64,000 bases of DNA, taken from contig OZ024740.1 in assembly GCA_964016885.1 (NCBI GenBank), positions 362,204,001 to 362,268,000 of the forward strand, read 5' to 3'. Shown here in pieces: positions 47,500 through 59,038 of this stretch. The notes below the pieces were generated by a model. It searched no databases, had not been told where the DNA came from, and saw only the letters and a program-made list of their open reading frames with translations. The first letter of the stretch is position 1, and the number at the start of each line of letters is the position of its first letter. The position numbers and the translations under genes were made by a program. The DNA comes from Eledone cirrhosa. Its lineage: Eukaryota.

Positions 47500-47830
47500 C
47501 TAAACACTTTGAAGCAAGCCAGTACACTCGAAGAATTGCCATGGGTGACAGCGAGGCAAAGGCATTGAAATAACTAGGCACCCTCATGGGCATTACCTGA
47601 CACCTCAGTATCGCGAGTTGTCAGCAATGACAAGAACTTTGCTGAGAGTGGCTCAACTCCACCAAACGTCTTGAACGCCACAGGCTGGAAAAAATAATTA
47701 CTTGGTAAATCCAGGTATTTATGAATTTTATTCTGTTCGGCAATGGAAACAGTGACCCCAACATTTACCATGACATCCATGATGTGGGAGGGAGCAAAAT
47801 AGTCACTGACTGTATGGTCATTATTCATAG
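47500..47830 (-). mobile_element. CRE/RLE-type non-LTR retrotransposon 3' end (restriction-like endonuclease region)
   Basis: AEQNKIHKYLDLPSNYFFQPVAFKTFGGVEP..KFL resembles AE..K..KY..L...Y.F.P.A.ET.G. Confidence 0.75.
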
Positions 47831-49099
47831 TTCTCAAATGTTTTTTTTTCATAAAATATTATTTGATGCTGGTAAATATCTGGAATTTGCTATTTTTTAA
47901 ATGTACTTAGAAATTGTACTCTCTTATGTTTATAAGTCAATAAGCAATACTCTATGGTGTTCATAAGTCAATACTATTTATAATGAAAGATATAGTGAAA
48001 TCAAGGACGTTTGTTTATGCCCGAATCCGGCATGATTACCCTATTTTGCTATCGTCTACAATCAAATCGAAAGCATAATTTCTTATACACAAAACATTTG
48101 TATTATTCATAAAACAATTGATTGATAAACTAGGGAAAGTAAATACCCATAAATTATGTCATTATATAAACAGTTGCTGTCATACTCAATTACACATTAT
48201 AACAGGAAATGTCAAAGTTGCCCTTTAAACATTTTCGAGGTAAACCCAGACATTCAACTTATATATATGATCTTACTCGATCTTTAAGTTTAGTTAATGC
48301 ATGTTTAAAATGTAGAAAACTTCGTAATTTCAGACCAATATTAGAAACAAACTTTCAAATAATATTTATATAGTGATATAAAACATACCTTTTCTTCTGA
48401 CTATTTCTTTCCACTGTAATTAAATATATCTTTATATAATCCTCACTGTAATTAAGTACATATTTATCTGTGCATAATGATGGTTTCTAACATAGGTACA
48501 AGGCCAACAATTATGGACAGGTACATTATTTTATCGACCTCAGAATGATGAAAAGTAAAGTTGACCTCAGCGGTATTTGAACATGATGAGTCGGAAGAAA
48601 TACCACAAAATACTTCATTCAATGCTCTAAAATTGCTATTAATCCACTACCCATATCCATGTATAACAATAAAAAGAATCCATCAACATATCATTTGAAA
48701 TATTTCGCTAACACCGCTTTAAATGTAGAAATATAACATCTGATGTATTGAATAGTCAGCCATCTTTTTATAAGCAGACGACTCTATGCAAATGTTTTTG
48801 CTTTTTAATTGAAAAATAATCATGTGAATTACACAATACAAATTTACACTTTTATTTAAAATATAAATTGAGGGTGAAAGCAAAATAACCTCTGAACATT
48901 TAGCTGTCTGAAATCTAAAAAGAAAAACAATTACTAAGCAAGTATTGGCAGCAATCTTTCGTTTTAAGAACAACTCATAATTCTTGTGGTGAATATGACA
49001 TTTTCTTTTCTTTTTCAACTTCACAAACAAATTCAAAAATGTATCTGCAAAATATGCATTATTAAGTCAGTTATGAGGAAACAAGGTTGGTGAAGACAT

Positions 49100-50165
49100 T
49101 AAACTGTAGTCATGCATATATATGTGTGATTGTGTGTACATCGGGGCATGCAATCTTCATTTCTTTCAATGCCCAGGTCACATTTCCCTGCAACATTATT
49201 GTTTGTATACACGAATCATACAATCTGCATTTCATTTTGAGTGAAACACCTTTTGTAGCTAGCGGCGATAGTAGCAACCTGAACGTTTTCCTTCCATTCC
49301 TCAATCAGGCTACTGTACTTTCAGAACACCCACCTCCACTGCTAATTTGTTCACCCACGTAATAAAAGCTATCAACTACTCCTACAGAGCTATTTAGGCA
49401 TTTAAAGGAGCTTGTTTTCTGTAAGCTCTTGCTGTTAGACTACCTGAGAGTCCACTATATCACTTAGTTTACAATTGGGACAAAGGATGGAATTTCTACC
49501 CACTTCTTTCCTACACATTGAGCAAGGCCATCTCCCTGAAGGGATCTGGGCTCTGTTTTCCTTTCTACTTACTAGAACTTTAGTCTTTGCCAAGTTGACT
49601 TTACAACATTTTGTTTCCAAGCTATGCTTCCAAATTTGAAATTTCTTCTCTAATTCTGCCATAAATTTGGCTATGTGGGTTAGATCATTGTCAGTCAGAC
49701 TTAAACTCTTATGTTCTTCTGTTATAGCCTTCAGAATTATAATAAACAAGAGCTGAGAACAAAGCTCTGATGGACTCTACTTGCAAGCTAAATTCCTCAC
49801 TATAATCATTGTTAATTCTAACCTTGCTGACTGCTCCCTTAGACATGGCTTTTGATGCCATCACAAACCACTTATGTATACCTAGTATTCTAAGAACCTA
49901 CCATATTATGGAATGGGCAACAGATACTAAGTAGAGGAGCTTACTTTTAGCTAGGTACTTCTCCTGCAGTTGCCTCACAAGGAAAAGGGCACAAATCCAA
50001 ACTGCATTTCATCTAGGTTATCTCAGTCCTTAATGAACTATACTATAGCTCATTCTGTGACCTTCATAACCTGATCCATCAACTTGATGCCTCTATAGTT
50101 TCCTCTGTCTAGTGCATCTCCTTTTCCCTTATAGTAGTTGAAGATGATACTGTTATGACAGTCAT
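49100..50165 (-). mobile_element. Degraded RTE-type LINE (RT plus Cys-rich segment)
   Basis: LETKCCKVNLAKTKVLVS...PSGRWPCSMCRKEVGRNSILC and GVSLKMKCRLYDSCIQTIMLQGNVTWAL. Confidence 0.85.
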
Positions 50166-52985
50166 TGGGTACACATTTGTATGTGTGTGTGTGTGTGTCT
50201 CCATGTCAGTGTTTATGTTTATATCTGTATTTGTATTTATGTCCTGTAACTTAGCCGTTCAACAAAAAGAGATCAAGAAAATAAGTACCAGTCTTGAAGA
50301 AGTAAGTACTAGGATCGATATGATTGACTAAATGGAAGCAGCATCCAAGCATGACTCCAATCTAATGTGTGTAAAAAGAAAAGGATAAAGAGTGTGTATG
50401 TCGATTTTTCAAATGGGTGTTTCAAATAAAATCTCCAAAATATATGCTGGATGCTTTTAATGCGACCACAATAAAATACAATAAATGAATAGTTATATAC
50501 CAAAACACTAAGTTAATTGATTCTTTGTATTTATTCTCAAATATAAATGTTAATTTGGCAGAGTTTTTTTAACCTTTGTTCCAGCTCTCTGAGTTCAAAT
50601 CTCATCAAAGTTCACTTTGCAGTTCATTAATTCAGAGTTGATAACAAAAGCACCAGTCTGGTGCTGGTGTTGCCTTGCTGTATTAAGGAAAGAAGGGAAG
50701 GTCTATTGAGAGGGTGTCTGTTTCTGACTGCATGGGCACTAACAATTCTTAGCAAAAACATAGTATGTACAACCAAGTCATATTTGATTACAAATGACAG
50801 CTGTAGTGTTTTCTTTTATATACTTAAATAATTTAACAGATCAAGTTAGCCGGTCAACCAAAGAATAGATATTTCAATGTGGGTCTCTTCAAGTTTGGTG
50901 GAGGTAGGACCACACATACTCTCAAGTCATATTGTATTAAGAAAATAGTCTAACTAATGACCTGTTAAAAGATTTCACTGATGTTTTAAAAGCTGTTATG
51001 TGTTACTGATAAACTTACAGCAAAATTTAAGCTTCTGAAATAGCTGTTAGCATATGTGTTAAATGTTCATAACTTTTTTGTTTTATTTCATTTTGTTGAG
51101 TGGGGGTTAACATGAAATTTCTCTCATGAACTTTCAGAACATTCTTGAAGCTTGCAGTATAATATGGGAAGAAATAATTTAGTGTAAACTTTGGAACATG
51201 GTAATTGTTTGGGGTAGCTCACATTCCACTGTATTCAGCAAACAACAGATGTTGCTATATTAATATATGGAAAACTATACTGAGATACAAACTTTAGTTT
51301 TAAACATATATTGACTTCATTTTCATTTCATTGCAGCTTTGTGCTATTCTGTCTGACTACAAAATTATAAGTAAACATTCTTAGATATTTCATTTTGTTT
51401 TTGTCTTTGCTCATGTATAAATGTTATTAAATATTCTTGTATTTGTTGTGCATGCTTCTTGATGTGAAATCATGTGTTAAAACAGATATTGTTATACACT
51501 AGGACAGTCATGCTGCCAATAAAAATATGTGCACCCATTAAGTTTCATTTCAACGTTCATTGTGATATTATCAGTGGCTTTTTGCCTTCTGCATTTCCTC
51601 TTTGTCTCCACATAACTTCCAGCCTACTCCATCTTTTTTCTTTTTTTATTAATATTGATTTCTAACATTAATGCAAGACAAGACATTTTAAGGAAGAGAT
51701 CAGTAGGTTATATTAACCCTATACTTGACTGATACAGAGTGATGTGACTGTACATAAGTGAGACAATGGATGCCTGGCTTGTAGTACTGACTTGGTCTAT
51801 ATAAACCCATCCAACACTAGCTAACAGGGAAAGTAGACATTAAAATGACAACGATGACGATGATGAAGCATGTAAAGGACTGTAAGTAAAAACTGCAATG
51901 TATTTAGTCTAACATTCTAATGATTCTGCCAACCAAATTTTAAAAACTTAAATATAATTCTATTCAAAGTTGGATTTTGGAATAATTTGAATATTTGTAA
52001 TGAATATCAGTTATATAATCTTGAAATCAGCAATCAAACGACTTTAAATTTTATTTATATATTTTTAAAAATATTATTTGTAGAGTGCATTATGTGTTGG
52101 ACTTTCATCAGTTCAAACGATGAGTGCATCAAATATTTGACCAATGGAACAGCCTACTCATGAAACTAATGTGCATGTGTCTGAGCATTCCCCCACCCCA
52201 TGTAACCTTAATGTAGTTCTCAGAGAGATTCATCATCTCTCTCACACATACTCTAACAAGGCTGGATCTTTGAAGTACAGATACAACTTATTTTTGCCAG
52301 CTGAGTAGATAAGAGCAATTGCTTAAGAACACAATGAACCACTAAGAATTGAACTCATAACCTGATGATAATTAACTGATCACCCTATGCATCTTCATGC
52401 AGAGTGTCTTATATTATTTTAACTCTACCATTCCCCTCTTACAGATAAGCAACTCAGGAATTCTACAAAGTATAAGGACTCCATTGAAGTGACTATTAAA
52501 TTTGTTGTGAAAGCTCAAGTGAGCTTGTAAATACTTAGAAATTCTATTTTTTTAGATCAGTGAGTTTTTGATGAGCTTGCTTTAAGATATATTTTGTCTT
52601 GCTTGGAATGGTTTTTAGGACAAACATCTTTATAAAAATAATTCATTGTAATGAAAAGGATTAACTCTTGACATCCTATAGCACATAAAACCACATTAGC
52701 AAGACATTCTTAAAAAGTACTAAACAAATTAGAAATTAAAATCTTTACTCTAAATTTTCCCTACCATCTGTCCACTAGTAAAGATATTATTAACATTTGA
52801 AGTAACAAACTCATTTTAGACATTTTCTGTTAGATCCTTACAGGGTGTTAAGAGTTAAAGAAGAAAATGCAATAATTTAAAATTATTTTAAAAAATCCTT
52901 TTATTACCATATTTCTAATGAAATTCACTGCTTATGACTTTTAAACAATTTGGAGGGGTAACTAGCTTTTTTATTATTAAGTTAC

Positions 52986-53081
52986 AGAGGTTAACTTTGC
53001 CTTTCATCCTTGCGGGGTCGATAAAATAAAGGACCAGTAATGTACTGGGATAATTGTTGGCCTTGTGCTGAAAGTAGAAAC
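52986..53081 (+). mobile_element. 5'-truncated SINE family A (TSD attattaagtta)
   Basis: gaggttaactttgcctttcatcc...aagtagaaac between matching flanks. Confidence 0.85.
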
Positions 53082-53499
53082 AATTATTAAGTTAGTGTTT
53101 AAAGCATAATTTAACAAAGGTTCTTACATAATATTATGGGATGCTCATTGACTATATATCTGCTGTAACTTTACGAATGTGTTGTCACATTTGCCTTAAA
53201 TCCTAGATGTGTGCTCAAACATCTCTAACCCAATAATATTGACTTGCACAGTGTAGGGGAGCAGTCTTTGACACTGGCTGTCTTATGGTCCCAGCTGACA
53301 GAATGGAAAAAATGTTACTCTGGAGGGTGGTGAGAAAGACGTATTGGAATAGCCATTCCAAATCACAGTGCTCACTACTGTGAGTGGCTAACTATGCCCT
53401 GAATAAAAATGAGTAATGAGGAAGTCCAGAGACCAAGAATGCTGGAAGCCGCCACTGCTACATCAAATTATATTATTACTACTATCACATTAAATTATC

Positions 53500-53502
53500 T
53501 AT

Positions 53503-53533
<31 letters not shown>

Positions 53534-53543
53534 ACCATCACTA

Positions 53544-53578
<35 letters not shown>

Positions 53579-53585
53579 ACTACCA
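53500..53585. repeat. (CTA)n/(CTG)n trinucleotide repeat
   Basis: Directly visible. Confidence 0.9.
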
Positions 53586-54844
53586 ACTCAAAGTGCTCAA
53601 CTCCTCCTTTTTAATAAATATTTACTTTGTGTCAGTGACAATCCAGTGGGACATATTTTAAGCAATGTCAATATGTTTATAATTATTACAGGATAGATTT
53701 GGTAGCACATACACCTTTTGTTAATAAGTGGTTATTATAATCACCATCATCATCATCATTATTTATGTCTGCTTTCCATGGTTGTCTGGATTGGACAAGT
53801 TGTCATATATAACAAGATGGGTCAGAGAGGTCTCACCTTGTTCATATGTTCCATATTTGTCATGGTGTCTAGAGCTGGAAGTCCTTCATAATGCCAACTT
53901 TCTTACAGAGTATAATGGGTTTATTTTATCATGACACCAATACTAAATCTTTACAGGGTGTACTGGATGCATTTTATGGTAGCGCTAGCACTAGAAAGGT
54001 TGTCATGTATTCAGCCAGACTGGGTTTCACTACCCTATATTGTTTTACAGAGTGTAGCAGGTGCACTTGATCATGATACCAGCACTTGAGATGTCAGTTA
54101 CTCAACAGAGCCATGTTGTTTATTAAAAGGAAGAGAGCCATTTAACTATTTTTATCAAGTATGCTCAATTAAGCCAATTCACTGGGTTAAGAAATATATT
54201 TCCAATTTGTTAATAACACAGGATAATGTAGTCATGGTTACACTATGGCAGAAACAAAGATGGAATGATAATAACTGAGACATAATTCTTGTTATTATTC
54301 ACTGTCTATTTTGATACCAAACTGCCTGAAATTGCCTCTAGTTCTATGGTACAAAACTGTTAATTTTAAAGTGTTTATATATATTTAATATCTTACATAA
54401 ATGCAGCCTGGTGCATTTGGCAATAGACCTGAGCTTCACTACCTGACAAGCTGAAGATCACATACTGTCTAAGTATCAGTTGCTCTCTGATAGGATTGTT
54501 TTCAAACTTGTAGCAGGGGTGGATTCTGGCATTCTTGATCCCTGGATACTTTCCTACTCACTACTATCAGGACATAGTTGATGTGGTTTCAATAGTAGTA
54601 TAATTTAAGGTAGTATTAGTAGTAGTATAATTTGATGTTGTTTTAGTAGCATAATTTGAGGAAATGGTAGTACAAAAAGAAAAACATAATCTTAAGGTGC
54701 ATGGGGTGGGGATGAACCAAGAATTAAGTTAATTTACACCTTTCAAATCTAAAAACTATTTTCAGCCAAACTTTCATTAACCTGACACAAGTAGAGCACT
54801 TAATTTCAAATTGTTAAACATTCTCGGAAGAAAACATTAATTAT

Positions 54845-54944
54845 CCCCCTCTCTCTATTTCTCTGTTTATCTGTGTTTATCTTTCTCCCTCTTTCTCTCT
54901 GTGTCTCTCTCTGTGTCTGTTTGTCTGTCTCTCTCTCTCTCTCA

Positions 54945-54976
<32 letters not shown>

Positions 54977-55100
54977 ATAGATAGATATATGTCTCTTTCT
55001 CCTTCTCCTTCTCTCTCTATCTGTGTTTCTTTCTTTCTCCTTCTTTCTCTGTCTATCTGTGTCTCTTTCTTTCTCTTTCTCCCTCCCACTATCTCTCTCA
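54845..55100. repeat. (CT)n-rich polypyrimidine tract
   Basis: Directly visible. Confidence 0.85.
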
Positions 55101-57256
55101 CACATACACACTAATTTCCCTAACAAAACAAAACTGTCAAGATAAAAAAGGATTGCAGTGGAAAGAAAAATATGAAATACTTGTGAAGAAAAGGAGAATA
55201 ATATGTTGACACATTTTTCTGAACTTCCATTGAATATAGGGGCATAAAAGGGTTAAGCATAAAAAGATATATAGTGAAGTTTTAAGAAGCATCCATTTAA
55301 ATTTTTAGCCCGACTATGAAAAGTGTATTGCCTTTCATCCATTTCGAGTGTGATAGAAAAAGTACCAGTTCAGTACTAGGGACAATTCTTCCTCTTTATC
55401 TTTTTTCTCATTTCCTCTCTATCACTCATTCTCTCCTTCTCTAGAAGAAATCGAATGTGTTCTGGCATAGAGAGGAATTGAGCTCTAACTGGTTTTTAAA
55501 AAAGTGCTCAAGAAACACCATATGTCATTACTCCCTCAGAAGTTATGGGTCCTAAGAAGAAAATGTAAACTGTTAGAGTTAATTTCACGATAAAATGCAC
55601 CCAGTACACTCTGTTAAACATTAGTGCTGGCCAGGAGAAAATTTACCCAGTATATCCTGTTAAGTGGTAGTGATAATGTTATGAAAAAATGCCCCCATTA
55701 TATTCTGTAAGATGATTGGCATTAGGAAGGGCATCCGGCCAGAAATCATGGCAAATATGAAACATATGAACAAGTTGAAGCAGATCTGACTTATCTGATC
55801 TCAGAATGTGATAATCTGTCCAACTCATGCCAAAGTGGAAAGCAGATGTAAAACCATTATGATGATGTTGATATGCTAGCAGTTCCCAAACTGCACACCT
55901 CTGTACATTTGTGTGCTGTGAGATGCAGTTAGTTGCATCATCAAAGAGCAGGAATCTGTTTAAAATTATAAAAAATACAAACAGAAATTCATTTTGAATT
56001 CATATATAAAAGTTAATGTGGAGAAACTCAGAATGAAAATAATCCCCCAAAATATCAAGTACATGTTACTCACATGTTGCTCCATTTATTTATTAAAGAC
56101 AGAAGTATAGATTATTTTCCTGTATTTTTAAAAATCTATATTTCTACTTTATGCTAGATATGTTTAAATACCTCTTTGCACCAATGTAATTTTACTTGCT
56201 CTAAAATGTGCTGTGAGTTTAAATATTTGGGAATCACTGGGCTATACTATCACCACTGACTTTCATCATCATTATTATCATTTGATGTTCACTTTTCCAT
56301 ACAAGTTTAGGTTGGATGGGTCATCAAAGTCCAAGTCAGTACTCAATCAGAGCCACTGACGGCTGCATCTCACTTACATAAATTCCTACACTTTACTGGG
56401 TATGTTTTATCATGGCAGTAGCACTAGGGAATTTGTTTGAGAAATTTTCTATGGTTGGTTTCCCTACCAAACATGAACCACTTTACAGGGTATACAGTGT
56501 GTTGTGTTGAGGCACTAGCACTAAGGAGGTTGTCATGCACTTGACTCAACTGAAAGGTCCTCTCAACTTCTTGTTTCACAAGGCTTCTGTGGATGTGTAC
56601 TCTTTCTAATGCCAACCACTTTACAGAGTTTGATATAAATGATAATTTAAAAACCAAACGAAAGAAGACAGGAAGATGATGAAATATTTATTTATGAAAA
56701 TTTGGAACTTCAAAAGAAATACTGAAAAAAAAAATGAAATTAAACAAAAAAAAAAATGAATTTTAAATATTTTTTATTATTCCATATTTCCCTTTTTAAT
56801 TAAGCAGGAAATAATAAACTAAATAATCAAGCTTTAAATAACAAGACTAACATGGTCATTTCAAACCATATTCTTTGTAATTTGAAATTTAGTCATTTCA
56901 ATGTACATGACTATAACATCTTTCACAGATGGAGAGTTCAATTCTTCACAGGTGCCTCTGTCCACTTTTTACCATCTTCAGAGGTACTTTAGTTGATTTC
57001 CTCAACTATCATGTATCAGCTATTGCTATAGTCATTCACATTGTGACAACTACATTTCAAAATTCTTCAGTGTTTCTTAAATCAACCAGATGATCATTTT
57101 CTTTGTGCCTATAGGTGTGTTTATAAGAGAAATTCAAGCATGGTAATTTTTAACACTGCAACTATAGACTTCATAATGAGCACTAAGTGTTTTGTCACTG
57201 ATTAAAGGAAAACCAGCTTGTGGGATGTTCATGATGTCAATTTCTGAATATTGGGT

Positions 57257-57294
57257 TTAGATTGTCCTTCTTCGTAATTTCTTTGAAATTCTAT
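57257..57294 (-). CDS. Cyclase terminal exon coding part (NRISKKLRRRTI*), 3' UTR to about 56750
   Basis: ttttgtttcag| acceptor, phase compatible; minus-strand AATAAA at 56773-56778 followed by a T-rich tract. Confidence 0.6.
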
Positions 57295-57385
57295 CTGAAA
57301 CAAAATCATTACTCTGTGAATTCGTGTAAAACATCATTAAAACAAACATTAATATTATTTACTCTTAACATCTAATATTGATTAA

Positions 57386-57537
57386 CCCTTTAGGATTTAC
57401 ATTACTCCACTATGTGATTTTGATGATGTTATTATTTATTTTGAGAACAATACCTTAATGTCAGTATGAGTGGCCAGTTTGAACAGAAAAAGGTGAGAGA
57501 ATTCTGGCTGGATATGGCCAGTTTAAATGCTAAAGGG
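57386..57537. mobile_element. piggyBac-like MITE
   Basis: TTAA|ccctttaggattt ... aaatgctaaaggg|TTGA (13-bp TIR, 1 mismatch). Confidence 0.65.
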
Positions 57538-57611
57538 TTGAGCAGAAAACTTCTACAAATGGTTTTGTTAATTTAGATACTTATACAAGGTAACAGATTT
57601 TTGTGAAAGTG

Positions 57612-57876
57612 TGCAGTAAGCTAAATTAAAGGTTTTAATTTTTAATGTGATGCAGTTATAGTGCCATTTCATACATTTCAAGAATGTCTTGCTAATGTGC
57701 TTTTATGTGATTTGTTAAGTCAAATGTTTTTAGCATCTTTTCTAGAGGACAGATTTATGAGGAAATTTGCAGTAAACTAAAGACTAATTTTTAATGTGAT
57801 GCAGTCATAGTGCTGCTTCGTACTTTTCAAGAATATCTTGCTAATGTGGTTTCATGTAATTTGTTAACTCAAATGC
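57612..57876. repeat. Tandem duplication of a ~110-bp repeat-derived unit
   Basis: Two copies of taatttttaatgtgatgcagt...tttcaagaat.tcttgctaatgtg; reverse-complement fragment near 52680-52710. Confidence 0.8.
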
Positions 57877-58375
57877 TTACCTGAGGTTGGAAGGTTAAAG
57901 AAAAAAAAAAAAAAATTTATCAGGGTGGGTGAGGTGGGAAGGCAGTAGGGGTGTAATTAATCTGGTGTGCAGGGGTAGTGGTAGAGTGTCTGAGACTATC
58001 ATTGGTGCTGGTATATGTCTGTGGATGAGGTGCATTTTGTGAAAGAGGTTTCTTTCTTGTATCTGCCTTCTTCAAAGAGAATTATGTTAAGGTTTTAAGG
58101 GCATATGAGTCTGTGGAATGCTCAGCCACTTGCATATTAATTTCACGAGCAGGCATTTCTATTGCTTAAACAACTGGAACACTCAACACCTGAACTGATG
58201 GATAAAACATAACACATACTAACAAGCATGCAAACACATAGTCACATTTACTCTCTCTCTCTCTCCCCCTCTCTCTCACACATACACTCACACTCACAAA
58301 CCAATATATGCATTTGGTAATTCCTCTTTCAATTTTATGTCTTATTTTACTAAAGGGAAGCTAAATAACACTTAC

Positions 58376-58473
58376 TCTGGAGTTTTGCCTGTTTATCACA
58401 GGTCATTGGGCAAGAAGTAATGACCCTGTGACAAGTATGTGAAACTCCAGAATAACAAGACTCACTATTCAGC
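58376..58473 (-). CDS. Cyclase C-terminal tail exon (LNSESCYSGVSHTCHRVITSCPMTCDKQAKLQ)
   Basis: tattaag| (alternative in-frame aatag| gives start 58464) / |gtaagt; phase 2-1 keeps the frame open between the flanking exons; no family motif. Confidence 0.6.
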
Positions 58474-58666
58474 CTTAATAAATGAATATTAAAACTCTAC
58501 TTTGGTATTCAGTACTCCTTTCTTTCAGCTAACAACCACATACAGATGTATAGAAATCTCTTTATACATAGCACAGCTTCTGCTTACCAAGTTTTCTTGG
58601 CATGGCATAAAGAATATAGAAAATGTTAGAAGAATTAACAAGCAGTAAAATTTAACTAAAACTTAC

Positions 58667-58776
58667 CCAACTACTTCATTATTACAAAACTCTTCCCAAT
58701 ACATTCTTAGTTTCTGTTTAGTTGTGGCATCCTTTCTTTCTCCAACCAACCAGTATGTAGGCATCCAGCCTTTGCC
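58667..58776 (-). CDS. Guanylyl (nucleotide) cyclase, end of catalytic domain: GKGWMPTYWLVGERKDATTKQKLRMYWEEFCNNEVVG
   Basis: tttccattag| / |gtaagt on the minus strand; matches the class III cyclase terminal motif (V/M)KGKG-x-M-x-TYWL-x-G of receptor-type GCs, with a phase-0 intron just before GKG; upstream exons not found in the window. Confidence 0.88.
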
Positions 58777-58861
58777 CTAATGGAAAGATAGGAAAAATTA
58801 TATAGTCAAGGTATTTTCAAATATTATTTATTGTAAATGATATTTGAAAATACCTTGACTA

Positions 58862-59038
58862 AAGGGCGGTGGATTGGCAGTATCGGTAGAGGGTCGGACA
58901 CCATGCTTTCCAGCATAGTTACGATCTGAGTTTAAATCCTGCCGAGGTTGACTTTGCCTTTCATCCTTACGGGGTCGATAAAATAAAGTACCAGTAATGC
59001 ACTGGGTAATTGCTGGCCTTGTGCCTAAAGTAGAAACA
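58862..59038 (+). mobile_element. SINE family A, full length, 18-bp TSD, with an inverted flank copy at its 5' junction
   Basis: attatttattgtaaatga at 58823-58840 and 59039-59056. Confidence 0.92.

Noticed and set aside
53409-53696. ORF with a poly-Leu stretch resembling a signal peptide or TM helix
   Set aside because: Produced by the (CTA)n/(CTG)n repeat
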